A stretch of 64,000 nucleotides of DNA from Patescibacteria group bacterium (GCA_028704015.1 JAQVLT010000006.1:10102-74101); one strand, 5' to 3'; shown: positions 10,973 to 19,812, numbered from the stretch's first letter. The notes: generated by a model from the sequence alone, not told the origin. Made by a program: numbers and translations.

Positions 10973-11004
10973 ATTTTTGAAGTTAGTTATATTTTTGAAA
11001 TAGA

Positions 11005-11610
11005 CGCCCAGCCATAAATGGCCGAGCTACGTTCTTCCGCAAGCCCCATTAATGGGGCTTTGATTTTCTAGCCCAATCCGTTTACGGTTGGGCGATTGGG
11101 ATATATTCCAATATTTTTATAATATTATTTTCACCGTGATGTTTATTTTGATTCTGAATATAACTTTTAATAAATGGCGTCCCATTACTGCTTAAAGTTA
11201 AACCTCCAAATCCTTGTTGCCATTGGATGTATTTTTCTCCAAATATATTATTAATCTCGTGCGCGCTATATCCCTTTATTTGACCAACAAAATCCGATAA
11301 ACTAATTTGTGGCGGGACAGAACATAATAAGTGACAATGATCTAAATAGCTATTGAATTCAATTACTTTACTGCCCAAATTTTCACTTTTTCCGCAAATC
11401 AACCTACTTAATTTTTTGCTTATCTCCTCATCAATCAATCTCTGTCTATTTTTTGTACACCAAATTATATGGTAATATAATTTATAAAAATTATGTGGCA
11501 TATTTTTTCCTTTCACGCCGCCCAGCCATAAATGGCCGGGCTACATTTTTCCGTAAGCCCCATTAATGGGGCTTTTATTTTTATTAGCCCAATCCGTTTA
11601 CGGTTGGGCG
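11005..11610 (-). mobile_element. IS200/IS605-like unit: Y1 transposase gene bracketed by two about 90 bp triple-hairpin repeats in direct orientation
   Basis: Repeats at 11005-11094 and 11519-11610 are near-identical. Each holds three hairpins (GCCCAGCCATAAATGGCCGGGC, AAGCCCCATTAATGGGGCTT, GCCCAATCCGTTTACGGTTGGGC). Confidence 0.75.
11082..11516 (-). CDS. IS200/IS605-family Y1 (HUH) transposase TnpA, RAYT-like
   Basis: 144 aa. YHIIWCTKNR N-terminus, HUH motif DHCHLL, and C-terminal catalytic Tyr context SYIQNQ. The last codons lie inside the flanking repeat. Confidence 0.85.
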   Translation of the reverse strand: MKGKNMPHNFYKLYYHIIWCTKNRQRLIDEEISKKLSRLICGKSENLGSKVIEFNSYLDHCHLLCSVPPQISLSDFVGQIKGYSAHEINNIFGEKYIQWQQGFGGLTLSSNGTPFIKSYIQNQNKHHGENNIIKILEYIPIAQP

Positions 11611-11648
11611 AAGATGGCTAGCAATTCCTAAATCATAAATCTATTTAT

Positions 11649-11677
11649 AGTATACCCGAACAAAAAACGAACGTCAA
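11649..11677 (-). promoter_or_regulatory. sigma70-like promoter (TTGACG-17-TATACT) with a GTTC-N7-GTTC direct repeat in the spacer
   Basis: Minus strand reads cTTGACGTTCGTTTTTTGTTCGGGTATACT. On the plus strand, GAAC is at 11658-11661 and at 11669-11672. Confidence 0.55.
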
Positions 11678-11730
11678 GAAAAAAATAAAACCTTGAAAAC
11701 TTTGGCTAATATTCAAGGTTATTTTGCTAA

Positions 11731-12222
11731 TTATTTACCTAAAAATTTCAACGCTTCTTTGATTACTTTTACGCTATCCACAGAGTTATAAAATTTAATC
11801 TTATCAACCTCACCCAAGTTAATCCATTCTGCGATATCGGCATATCCTTGCTCATCTTCATCTAGATACTCTTTTGATAATTCCCCGCTAACTTTTTCGC
11901 ATAAAAAATACATAAGCTGGCAATTCCAATATCCTTTAACAAAACTCGGCGTAAAAAAAGAACTCTCGCAAACAACCGTCCGGCCGCGTTTTATTTTTAA
12001 TCCGGTTTCTTCCCAAAATTCTCTCTCCAAAGCTTCATTAATTGTTTCAGCAATCTCAACTCCCCCTCCCGGAAAATCATAGCCGTCCCATTGTTTAGAT
12101 AATAAAATTTTTCCGTCCTCAATCAAAATGCCATAAACCGAGGGACGAAAAATAAGTTCGCTCGCATCAACTTCTTTGTTTTCGCCATGCATATCTTGGC
12201 AGATTACTTTTTCTTTTGACAT
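11731..12222 (-). CDS. NUDIX hydrolase
   Basis: NUDIX box GGGVEIAETINEALEREFWEETG. Confidence 0.85.
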   Translation of the reverse strand: MSKEKVICQDMHGENKEVDASELIFRPSVYGILIEDGKILLSKQWDGYDFPGGGVEIAETINEALEREFWEETGLKIKRGRTVVCESSFFTPSFVKGYWNCQLMYFLCEKVSGELSKEYLDEDEQGYADIAEWINLGEVDKIKFYNSVDSVKVIKEALKFLGK

Positions 12223-12569
12223 ATTTTTATCTTCTTAATCATTAAATACACTAAGCAAGAAAAAAGGTAAACAGCAAAAAAGAAAAATAAAGTTTGCAAT
12301 AATCCAAAAATAAATTTTAATATAGCAGACTTAGGGCTGATGGTAGAGCACCATTCAACGAGAGGATTGCACTCACGAGGATTGGTCAGCGTGACAAATA
12401 GCATCGATACGTTTTCGCATTTTTCTTCATATTTTAATTTTCCGGAGACATCTTCCGGAAACACAATGTCGGTCCAGCATTTTTGATAAGCAGGAATAAA
12501 ATATAAAACAACTAATATTATCAAAAAAATACTTATTTTATATTTTGTAGGCCTAAAAAATCTAATCAT
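12204..12569 (-). CDS. hypothetical membrane protein
   Basis: 121 aa, two predicted TM helices, no recognised motif. Confidence 0.45.
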   Translation of the reverse strand: MIRFFRPTKYKISIFLIILVVLYFIPAYQKCWTDIVFPEDVSGKLKYEEKCENVSMLFVTLTNPRECNPLVEWCSTISPKSAILKFIFGLLQTLFFFFAVYLFSCLVYLMIKKIKICQKKK

Positions 12570-12610
12570 AAAAATAATTTAAAATTTATAACAAATTTTA
12601 TCCTATTTTT

Positions 12611-13615
12611 TTATGCTACCCCGTACTGCTTCTCATAATATTTACGATATTCTCCGCTTTTAATCTCCTTCCACCAATCCTGATTTTTCTCATACCACGC
12701 GATTGTGTCTTTGAGGCCGTCGGCTAATTTAATTTTTGGCTCCCAATCCAGTTCGTTTTTCGCTTTGGAATAATCCAGATCATAGCGCAAATCATGACCC
12801 GGCCGATCTTTGACAAACTCCAACATCTCCTCGCCCTTGCCCATCAAATTTAAAATCATTTTGGTTAAATCAATATTGGCGGTTTGATTGTTGCCGCCCA
12901 AACAATAGGTTTCACCAATTTTTCCTTTTTTAATTATCGCCTCCACGCCGGCGTTATGATCGTCAACGTGAATCCAATCGCGAATATTTTTTCCCTCGCC
13001 ATAAACCGGAACTTTTTTTCCTTCTAGTAAATTGGTGATAAAAAGCGGAATGACTTTTTCCGGAAATTGGTATGGCCCATAATTATTTGAACAATTGGAA
13101 ATGGTAATTGGCAAATTGTGCGTATGAAAATAAGCGCACACCAAATGATCGGACGCGGCTTTGGAAGCGCTGTATGGACTGCGCGGTTTGTAAATTGAAT
13201 TTTCATTTGACGCCGCATCACCAGAATTTAACGAACCGAAAACTTCATCCGTAGAAATGTGATGAAATCTGGTGCCATTAATCTTCGCGGCATCAAGGAG
13301 AACGCGCGTACCCTCAACGTTAGTTCGGATAAAATCAGAGCTATCAATGACCGATCGGTCAACATGCGATTCAGCGGCAAAATGCACAATCAAATCAACG
13401 TCTTTCACTAAATTATTAACCAAATCCGCATCGCAAATATCGCCTTTGACAAATTGGTAGTTAGCATTATTTTCAACATCTTTTAAATTTTCCAAATTGC
13501 CAGCATACGTCAAAACATCCAGATTGACAATTTTGTCTTCCGGATATTTCTTTAACCAATAATGAATAAAATTACTGCCGATGAAGCCGGCGCCGCCGGT
13601 GATTAATAATTTCAT
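12611..13615 (-). CDS. rfbB: dTDP-glucose 4,6-dehydratase
   Basis: 334 aa. TGGAGFIGS Rossmann motif, YSASK catalytic motif, typical RfbB termini. Confidence 0.9.
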   Translation of the reverse strand: MKLLITGGAGFIGSNFIHYWLKKYPEDKIVNLDVLTYAGNLENLKDVENNANYQFVKGDICDADLVNNLVKDVDLIVHFAAESHVDRSVIDSSDFIRTNVEGTRVLLDAAKINGTRFHHISTDEVFGSLNSGDAASNENSIYKPRSPYSASKAASDHLVCAYFHTHNLPITISNCSNNYGPYQFPEKVIPLFITNLLEGKKVPVYGEGKNIRDWIHVDDHNAGVEAIIKKGKIGETYCLGGNNQTANIDLTKMILNLMGKGEEMLEFVKDRPGHDLRYDLDYSKAKNELDWEPKIKLADGLKDTIAWYEKNQDWWKEIKSGEYRKYYEKQYGVA

Positions 13616-13680
13616 TTTAGCTTTGAGCTTGAAGCTTTGAGCTTGAAGCTTAAAGATTTTTAAATCTAAAAGCTAACAGC

Positions 13681-13700
13681 CCTGCCTGCCGGTAGACAGG
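13681..13700. repeat. GC-rich palindrome family member (CCTGCCTGCCGGTAGACAGG)
   Basis: Perfect or near-perfect hairpin downstream of the 13718 gene, flanked by AGCTTTGAGCTTGAAGCTT word repeats that recur at 14262-14295. Confidence 0.85.
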
Positions 13701-13717
13701 TAAACACTTAAAGCTAT

Positions 13718-14260
13718 TTACAGTTTACTATTTTTATATAGCAAATATTTATAAAATAAAGAAATAGTGTAGCCACAAGTAATTTTTTGATTTTGAATCA
13801 ACTGTTTAATTTCTGAAACTGTAAATTTTTTAATTTTAAATAATTCTGTAGGGTCGGGATTCTCCTTAACCGATACTAAATCGCTGGCGATAAAAAGATG
13901 GGCTTTTTCCGGCAATAAAAAATTAGCTGCATAAAAAAATCCGATTTTTTTCCATTTTTTAGCGCGCAACCCGGCCTCTTCTTCCAATTCGCGCTTAGCA
14001 GCCTGAAGCGGTGATTCTCCTTTTTCTTTTCCGCCAGCCGGAAATTCCCAAGAAAATTTATTGCCAATCGGATAGCGATATTGTCCAACCAAAAAAATTT
14101 TTCCTTGTTTATCTTCGGCAACAATACCAACACTATCTTGATTATCTACCCAATAATATTTTCCAATATTTCCTCGCGGCGTAATAACATCATCTTCGCG
14201 GTAAATACGCCAAGAGCTCTGGTGAATAATCTTACTTTTTATTTTTTTCCAACCCTTCAT
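13718..14260 (-). CDS. NUDIX hydrolase (ADP-ribose pyrophosphatase-like)
   Basis: NUDIX box GGKEKGESPLQAAKRELEEEAG. Confidence 0.85.
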   Translation of the reverse strand: MKGWKKIKSKIIHQSSWRIYREDDVITPRGNIGKYYWVDNQDSVGIVAEDKQGKIFLVGQYRYPIGNKFSWEFPAGGKEKGESPLQAAKRELEEEAGLRAKKWKKIGFFYAANFLLPEKAHLFIASDLVSVKENPDPTELFKIKKFTVSEIKQLIQNQKITCGYTISLFYKYLLYKNSKL

Positions 14261-14297
14261 ATAGCTTTTAGCTTTGAGCTTGAAGCTTAAAGCTATT

Positions 14298-14693
14298 TTA
14301 AATATTTTTCTTAATCTTCTCCGCTATCTCCGCCATTTCTTCTTTGCTTAAATTTTTAACCGCTTTCAAATCAATAGCTCCGCCATGGTCGTCGTTCGGC
14401 AAGCGCGGCACAAGCCAAACATGCGCGTGCGCCACTTCCTCGCCAAAAACCATCGAAACAACATAGTCAGTATTAAATGCTTGGCGGATCGCATTTGCCA
14501 CTTTACCGACCGCTTCATAATACGCGCCGATATTTTCATGATCCCAAACCCAACGATAATGTTTCTTGGGAATTACCAAAGTGTGCCCGGGATTAAGCGG
14601 ACGAATATCCAAAAACGCCAAAAAATTTTCATCTTCATAAACTTTATAACACGGAATTTCTCCAGCTATGATTTTACAAAAAATACAATCCAT
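14298..14693 (-). CDS. HIT-family nucleotide hydrolase
   Basis: Histidine triad HAHVWLVP, and GHTLVIPKKH. Confidence 0.85.
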   Translation of the reverse strand: MDCIFCKIIAGEIPCYKVYEDENFLAFLDIRPLNPGHTLVIPKKHYRWVWDHENIGAYYEAVGKVANAIRQAFNTDYVVSMVFGEEVAHAHVWLVPRLPNDDHGGAIDLKAVKNLSKEEMAEIAEKIKKNI

Positions 14694-14725
14694 AAATTTA
14701 ATAATAAGTAAACAGTAATAAGTAA

Positions 14726-15052
14726 TTAGGGAATTAATTCAAATATGATAATCTTTACTAAATCTTCACCAGTGATTTCTCTTTTGTAATATTCTGAATA
14801 CGTTTTATACATTATTTCGTCAGACGCAAATCTTTCATGGCCTTGCCAATCGTCATCATTTAAGTCTTTTATTTTCTTCTCAACAACGAAAACAATCTTC
14901 GCTTTAGCAAATTCCTCTTTCGTTTGCTTGTTTATTAAAATCAATTGATCGCCGACGGTTAAATCTTTGTCGTCAAACAATCGCCAGGTATTAGTCTTTT
15001 CACCACGCAGAATTAATTCTACTAATTTATCATCAAATTTTAAAGTTTTCAT
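14726..15052 (-). CDS. ASCH domain protein
   Basis: 108 aa with an N-terminal ...LILRGEKTNTWR pattern typical of ASCH. Confidence 0.65.
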   Translation of the reverse strand: MKTLKFDDKLVELILRGEKTNTWRLFDDKDLTVGDQLILINKQTKEEFAKAKIVFVVEKKIKDLNDDDWQGHERFASDEIMYKTYSEYYKREITGEDLVKIIIFELIP

Positions 15053-15089
15053 ACCTCTTAGTTGTATGTTATATGTTTCGCGCTATGCG

Positions 15090-15542
15090 TTACGCAATTT
15101 TATACGGCGACTCCGGATCTTTTTCCCAACGAATTTCATCAATCTCTTCTTTTTTTCCTTCGCCGCGATAAAGTTTGTCGGGCAAATTGATTGATAATGC
15201 GTCCTTATCGCCTACACATTTGTATCCGTGCACTACTCCCGGCGGCACAAAAACCGCGGCCGGATTATTCTCGCCAAAAACTTCTTTAAAATATTCTCCC
15301 TTGGTTTCCGAATCTTCGCGCCGATCCCAAAGATGCAGTTCAAAACTTCCCGGACCGACAAAAACAAAACAATCAGTCTGTTCTTTGTGTTCATGCGGAC
15401 CGCGAACTACTCCTGGTTTGGTAATACTAACATAAGACATGGCCGGTTGATATTTATCTTCATCAGCGCGATAAATTTCCGCCAGCCAACCGCGCTCATC
15501 TTCAAATTTATTTAATTTTTTAATTATTACGTCTTTGATCAT
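15090..15542 (-). CDS. cupin, dTDP-4-dehydrorhamnose 3,5-epimerase-like
   Basis: 150 aa. FEDERGWLAEIY and RGPHEH motifs resemble the RmlC/WxcM cupin family. It is shorter than canonical RmlC. Confidence 0.6.
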   Translation of the reverse strand: MIKDVIIKKLNKFEDERGWLAEIYRADEDKYQPAMSYVSITKPGVVRGPHEHKEQTDCFVFVGPGSFELHLWDRREDSETKGEYFKEVFGENNPAAVFVPPGVVHGYKCVGDKDALSINLPDKLYRGEGKKEEIDEIRWEKDPESPYKIA

Positions 15543-15556
15543 AAATATAATGCGAA

Positions 15557-15578
15557 CCTGCCTGCCGGTAGGCGGGTC
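15557..15578. repeat. GC-rich palindrome family member (ACCTGCCTGCCGGTAGGCGGGT)
   Basis: Hairpin between the 15610 gene end and the 15542 gene start. Confidence 0.85.
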
Positions 15579-15609
15579 TACAAATTATATGCGAATGCTA
15601 CGAATATGT

Positions 15610-15849
15610 TTATTGCAAATTATTTGCATCATTAGAATTTGAAGAATTTGCATTAATTCGAGGATTTGCATTGTTTATTACTAACAAAACCATAACATCA
15701 ATCAACCAAAAAATCAACACCCAGTTTATATTAACATAAGACAAAACCATACGCTCCCACAACAATTCCATTGCGCAAAAAATTACTAATGCGCCAGTGA
15801 GGATGTAAAATAATTCGGTCGTTATAATTGTAATAATTTGTTTTCTCAT
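15610..15849 (-). CDS. small membrane protein
   Basis: 79 aa, two TM helices. Confidence 0.4.
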   Translation of the reverse strand: MRKQIITIITTELFYILTGALVIFCAMELLWERMVLSYVNINWVLIFWLIDVMVLLVINNANPRINANSSNSNDANNLQ

Positions 15850-15910
15850 TAATTCAAAATGTAAAAATCAAAATGACAATGCAAAATGTAAAATTTTTAA
15901 TTTTAAACTG

Positions 15911-17362
15911 TCATTTTGCATTTTGATTTTTAAATTTTAATTTTTCCGATATTTTCTCCCACAAACTTCTCCCCTCCAATTCAACTTTTATCTCATCAAT
16001 TTCAATATTTCCTTCATTCAACCCCGGAATGGACAAAAGAAAACTGTATTTATAAAATTCCCGATAAGCGTGCTTGGTGTCAAATTCCGCGCTGGCGACT
16101 TTCCATCCGTCAATTTCTTGCGGCGGCGTGTAGCGCGCCAAAATAAAATTTATTCCCTCCGCGTCAGCATCAAAACTTCCGTCCACTTCCCGAAAATCAG
16201 GATTGATTAAACCGCCCTGGTTAAAACTAAATACCCCATTACCGCTCAAAATTATGTCGTCCTTGGCAATTTTTAAAGGCGTAATTTTATCGCTTAATTT
16301 TAAACCAAATTGTTTGTAGGTCTCGCTTAAATCTAACACGCTTTCTCCGGCATAAATCTTTTGCAAGCGTCCCGGGTTAATCGTCTGGGCATTAATCGCG
16401 CGGCTGTCCGTATAAATTGTTAGGTCTTTTTTTTCAGCATCGGCGAGCCAGACGCGATTGATAAACGCGATTTTGGTCTGTTGAGTTTCAATATCTTTTG
16501 TCACGATGTCATCGTTACAGCGCAATTCAACTTTGTACACTCCCTCAGGCAAGTTCGCTTCTTTAAATTCCAAAATTCTGGGCGCGGAGATCTTACCGCC
16601 ATCAGTTTTATCACCGTCATCGTCCAAATGCCGGCTGGAAATTAGCTGACCCTGATAATATAAATTAATATCAATCGGATCGCTATCTTGGTTAATATTT
16701 AAATCTGCAAAATCAAAATTAAAATTCAGCTCTTCACCTTTATTGAGGTAAGTATAAAATTGCCAAGGACCACGTAAACTCAAGGAGCTTAGCTCTTTAT
16801 TATTTACTGATCCGGAGCTTAGCTCTGGGTACCCAGAGCTAAGCTCCAAATTTTTCAAATCCGTGTTATACAAAGCAATCTCATCGCGCTGCGGCAATTT
16901 TTCCTGAAAGTCCGCGATACTGGAAAACTTTTTTTCACGTTGGAGTAACATCAAATTGCCTTCGCGAATCACACTCCATGATTTCAGTAAATTATCCAGA
17001 ATGTCATTTTCCAGCGGCTTCAAATCATAATGCCAAACGGTTTTGTCAGTCAAAACTCCGGCTTCAATAATCGACGCGGCGGAATTATTTTTGTATTTGA
17101 TCGTCACTTTCGTCGTATCAAATGTCCGCGGCGTACGCAGAGAAAAATACGCCGGATCGCCAATAATTTTTTGCGTGCCATTTTCCGGATCCGCTACTCT
17201 CTCTGCCGGAGTCAGCTTCAGAATAAACTCACTCGGCTTGATAAAATCATAAACATAAGTAATATCACCGCCCGGCACAATTGCCAAATAAAAAAGCCAA
17301 GCGACAATGATTGCGAGTATTGACCAAAAAATTAATCTAATTTTTATTTTAAATTTTTTCAT
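15911..17362 (-). CDS. hypothetical membrane-anchored protein (start moved to Met at 17362)
   Basis: The ORF track start 17416 reads through a repeat element (LRRSQRFASRNDK). MKKFKIKI plus a TM helix begins at 17362. Confidence 0.6.
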   Translation of the reverse strand: MKKFKIKIRLIFWSILAIIVAWLFYLAIVPGGDITYVYDFIKPSEFILKLTPAERVADPENGTQKIIGDPAYFSLRTPRTFDTTKVTIKYKNNSAASIIEAGVLTDKTVWHYDLKPLENDILDNLLKSWSVIREGNLMLLQREKKFSSIADFQEKLPQRDEIALYNTDLKNLELSSGYPELSSGSVNNKELSSLSLRGPWQFYTYLNKGEELNFNFDFADLNINQDSDPIDINLYYQGQLISSRHLDDDGDKTDGGKISAPRILEFKEANLPEGVYKVELRCNDDIVTKDIETQQTKIAFINRVWLADAEKKDLTIYTDSRAINAQTINPGRLQKIYAGESVLDLSETYKQFGLKLSDKITPLKIAKDDIILSGNGVFSFNQGGLINPDFREVDGSFDADAEGINFILARYTPPQEIDGWKVASAEFDTKHAYREFYKYSFLLSIPGLNEGNIEIDEIKVELEGRSLWEKISEKLKFKNQNAK

Positions 17363-17375
17363 TAATCTTTTCTGC

Positions 17376-17495
17376 TTGTCATTGCGAGAAGCGAACCGCT
17401 GTGAGCGACGAAGCAATCTTTAATATTTTCCCAGACCAATAAACCCAGTATTATAGATTGCTTCAGCCGGTTGCGACCGGCTTCGCAATGACAAA
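17376..17495. repeat. inverted pair of an about 40 bp element TTGTCATTGCGA-(GC-rich)-GAAGCAATC
   Basis: 17376-17418 and the reverse complement of 17457-17495 share both conserved termini. Confidence 0.8.
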
Positions 17496-17606
17496 ATATA
17501 CTAGTAAATCTTGCCATACTCATTCATTCTGTTATACTAAAATTAGTTTTATTTTACTTTATTTTACATAAAAAAACAACGGGGTTGGATATATAATTTC
17601 AAACAT

Positions 17607-18050
17607 ATGAAAGAGCAAGAAGACATAAAAGGTCATCTAAAATATTTACTACAAAATTGCCAAACCGCTTTCATAGAATTAAAACGTTTAAACAAAGAAT
17701 TAAAAGAAGCCATATCTAAAAACGTCGAAACAAAAGTAGATATAAATCAGCTAGGAGCACTCCATACAATAATTCAAGACTATCTCATAATAAGAAGCGC
17801 GGGGCTCTTTGACTCAAAAAATTATGCTGTTTCTTTTGAACAAGAATTTTCTCAAGAAAAAGAATATAAAAATATTAAAAATGAAGAAATAATAAAATAT
17901 CTACAAAAATTAAGAGGCAACTTTGTTGGGCATAAACATATAAAATCTTCTTTCCCGGAAACTTCTAAAATTTTAAACTCAAATCTTTTAAATATTTTTA
18001 ATAAACTCGATAAAATGTTAACACACAAAATGAGTAATCATGAATGGTAA
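17607..18050 (+). CDS. hypothetical protein, possible HEPN-like (RGNFVGH)
   Basis: 147 aa helical protein. It has an R-x5-H motif near the C-terminal third, which is weak evidence. Confidence 0.5.
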   Translation: MKEQEDIKGHLKYLLQNCQTAFIELKRLNKELKEAISKNVETKVDINQLGALHTIIQDYLIIRSAGLFDSKNYAVSFEQEFSQEKEYKNIKNEEIIKYLQKLRGNFVGHKHIKSSFPETSKILNSNLLNIFNKLDKMLTHKMSNHEW

Positions 18051-18078
18051 ATAAAATTATTTTATAATTTAAAAATTT

Positions 18079-18507
18079 ATGAAAAAAGAAACAATCGAAG
18101 TCTTAAGCGAAACACATCGCGATCAAAGAATAACACCTACTATATGGAAATGGTATTTTGGATGGCATCCACGAATATTATTAACAGTACCAATTTTTAT
18201 ATTTTTTATATACAGCGGACTTTGGTTTATTTGGGCTGAAATAGGTGATGTTATATATTTTTTTCAATCAAAGCCCGTAACATGGGGTGCTATTTTTCTA
18301 ATAATATTCTTAGGCAGTTTTTTACTTACGCTCATTTTAGCGCCAATATATATCTGTTTTCTTTCAATAGGTTGGCTATATGAAATAATAATTGGGGACT
18401 ATGGTGCTTGGAAAAAATTCTTATATACAACAGGAATTATCTTGCTTGTACTAATTGGAACTTCGCTTATAAGATTATTCACTGTTTGGTTCCTTGGTAT
18501 TTTATAA
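18079..18507 (+). CDS. hypothetical membrane protein
   Basis: 142 aa with 3-4 TM helices. Confidence 0.5.
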   Translation: MKKETIEVLSETHRDQRITPTIWKWYFGWHPRILLTVPIFIFFIYSGLWFIWAEIGDVIYFFQSKPVTWGAIFLIIFLGSFLLTLILAPIYICFLSIGWLYEIIIGDYGAWKKFLYTTGIILLVLIGTSLIRLFTVWFLGIL

Positions 18508-18548
18508 TATAAATCTTTTAACAGTGCGTGCGACCTTAACCACCACCT

Positions 18549-18908
18549 ATGAAAATATACATTGGACACTCAAAAGAATTTGATTACAAAAATGATTTAT
18601 ACTCGCCCATCCGAAATAGCGAGCTGAATTCCAAACATGAAATAATTTTTCCGCATGAAACTGATGAGCTTATAATCTCCCGCGATATAATAAAAACCGT
18701 TGATCTCATGATAGCGGAAGTCAGTTATCCGGCGACCGGGATGGGAATTGAGTTGGGCTGGGCGGATTCTTTTGGTCGTCCGATTATTTGTATTTACAAA
18801 AAAGGATCAAAAATATCCAAATCGCTAAAAGCAGTATGCGATAATTTTATAGAATATTCCGACGAAAAAGATTTGGTAGAAAAATTAAAAAAAGTATTAA
18901 ATAACTAA
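18549..18908 (+). CDS. nucleoside 2-deoxyribosyltransferase-like protein
   Basis: 119 aa. Motif ATGMGIELGWA matches the xGxxxExGxA nucleophile loop of the NDT fold. Confidence 0.6.
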   Translation: MKIYIGHSKEFDYKNDLYSPIRNSELNSKHEIIFPHETDELIISRDIIKTVDLMIAEVSYPATGMGIELGWADSFGRPIICIYKKGSKISKSLKAVCDNFIEYSDEKDLVEKLKKVLNN

Positions 18909-18911
18909 CCC

Positions 18912-19334
18912 ATGGCCTACTATAATAAAATTGGCTTATTAATTTTAAGCGATGACAAAACTAAATTTCTGGTTTGCGAGCCGGGTGATAAATACTTGGA
19001 AAAAAGCGTCACGCAATACTTGATGCCCGGCGGCCAGCTGGAAGAAAAATCGGATCTGGAATGTTTAGAACGCGAAATCAAAGAAGAGCTTGACTGCAAA
19101 ATCAAGAAAGATAACATTAATCTTATCGGCGAATACACCGACATCGCCGCCACTCCCGGACGTGATGTGATGATTAGATTATACGCCGGTGAAATTATCG
19201 GCGAGCCAATGCCCAATACGGAAATCGGCGCGCTTCACTGGATTGGCCGGAACGACATTACCAACGAACGCGTCTCACCGATTATCAGAAATAAAATCAT
19301 TCCTGATTTAATAAAAAGAAAAATTTTATTATAA
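18912..19334 (+). CDS. NUDIX hydrolase
   Basis: NUDIX box GGQLEEKSDLECLEREIKEELD. Confidence 0.8.
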   Translation: MAYYNKIGLLILSDDKTKFLVCEPGDKYLEKSVTQYLMPGGQLEEKSDLECLEREIKEELDCKIKKDNINLIGEYTDIAATPGRDVMIRLYAGEIIGEPMPNTEIGALHWIGRNDITNERVSPIIRNKIIPDLIKRKILL

Positions 19335-19338
19335 AAAT

Positions 19339-19587
19339 ATGTTAAATGACATCATTGGATATCTTGGCGGAATTTTTACTACAATAAGCTTTCTCCCACA
19401 AGTTATTAAATCATACCGAACAAAAAGCGCCAACGACCTATCATCGGGGATGATTTTTGCCACCTTAATAGGAACCGCTTTTTGGATAATTTATGGTTTC
19501 TTAATTAATAGTGTGCCCATCATTATAATGAACGTTATCTTTGAAATTATCGTTTTATTTCAATTATTTTTCAAGATTAAATATTAA
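19339..19587 (+). CDS. SemiSWEET / PQ-loop transporter
   Basis: 82 aa, 3 TM helices, with the PQ motif FLPQVIKSYRTKS. Confidence 0.75.
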   Translation: MLNDIIGYLGGIFTTISFLPQVIKSYRTKSANDLSSGMIFATLIGTAFWIIYGFLINSVPIIIMNVIFEIIVLFQLFFKIKY

Positions 19588-19616
19588 TATTAACAAAAAT
19601 ATTTTATTATCATAAT

Positions 19617-19763
19617 ATGCTTGATAAAGATGTTCCAGAATTAATTATTTACTCAATAATTATTTCCGATGTATTAATCGCTATCAGTATTACCCTTTAT
19701 CACCTGATTGATAATGGAATTTTTTACAATCTAAATAATATAACTCTCTCGGTAAATTGGTAA
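19617..19763 (+). CDS. small hydrophobic protein (48 aa)
   Basis: ATG at 19617 and an in-frame TAA at 19761 (MLDKDVPELIIYSIIISDVLIAISITLYHLI...). It is below the ORF-track cutoff. Confidence 0.3.
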   Translation: MLDKDVPELIIYSIIISDVLIAISITLYHLIDNGIFYNLNNITLSVNW

Positions 19764-19766
19764 AAA

Positions 19767-19802
19767 ACAAAGAGAGCTCGCCATTTGGCGGGCTCTCTTT
19801 GT
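19767..19802. terminator. bidirectional intrinsic terminator
   Basis: ACAAAGAGAGCtcGCC-ATTTG-GCGGGCTCTCTTTGT flanked by an A-run and a T-run. It sits between convergent genes (the plus-strand island and rpoC). Confidence 0.75.
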
Positions 19803-19812
19803 TTTTCTGATT

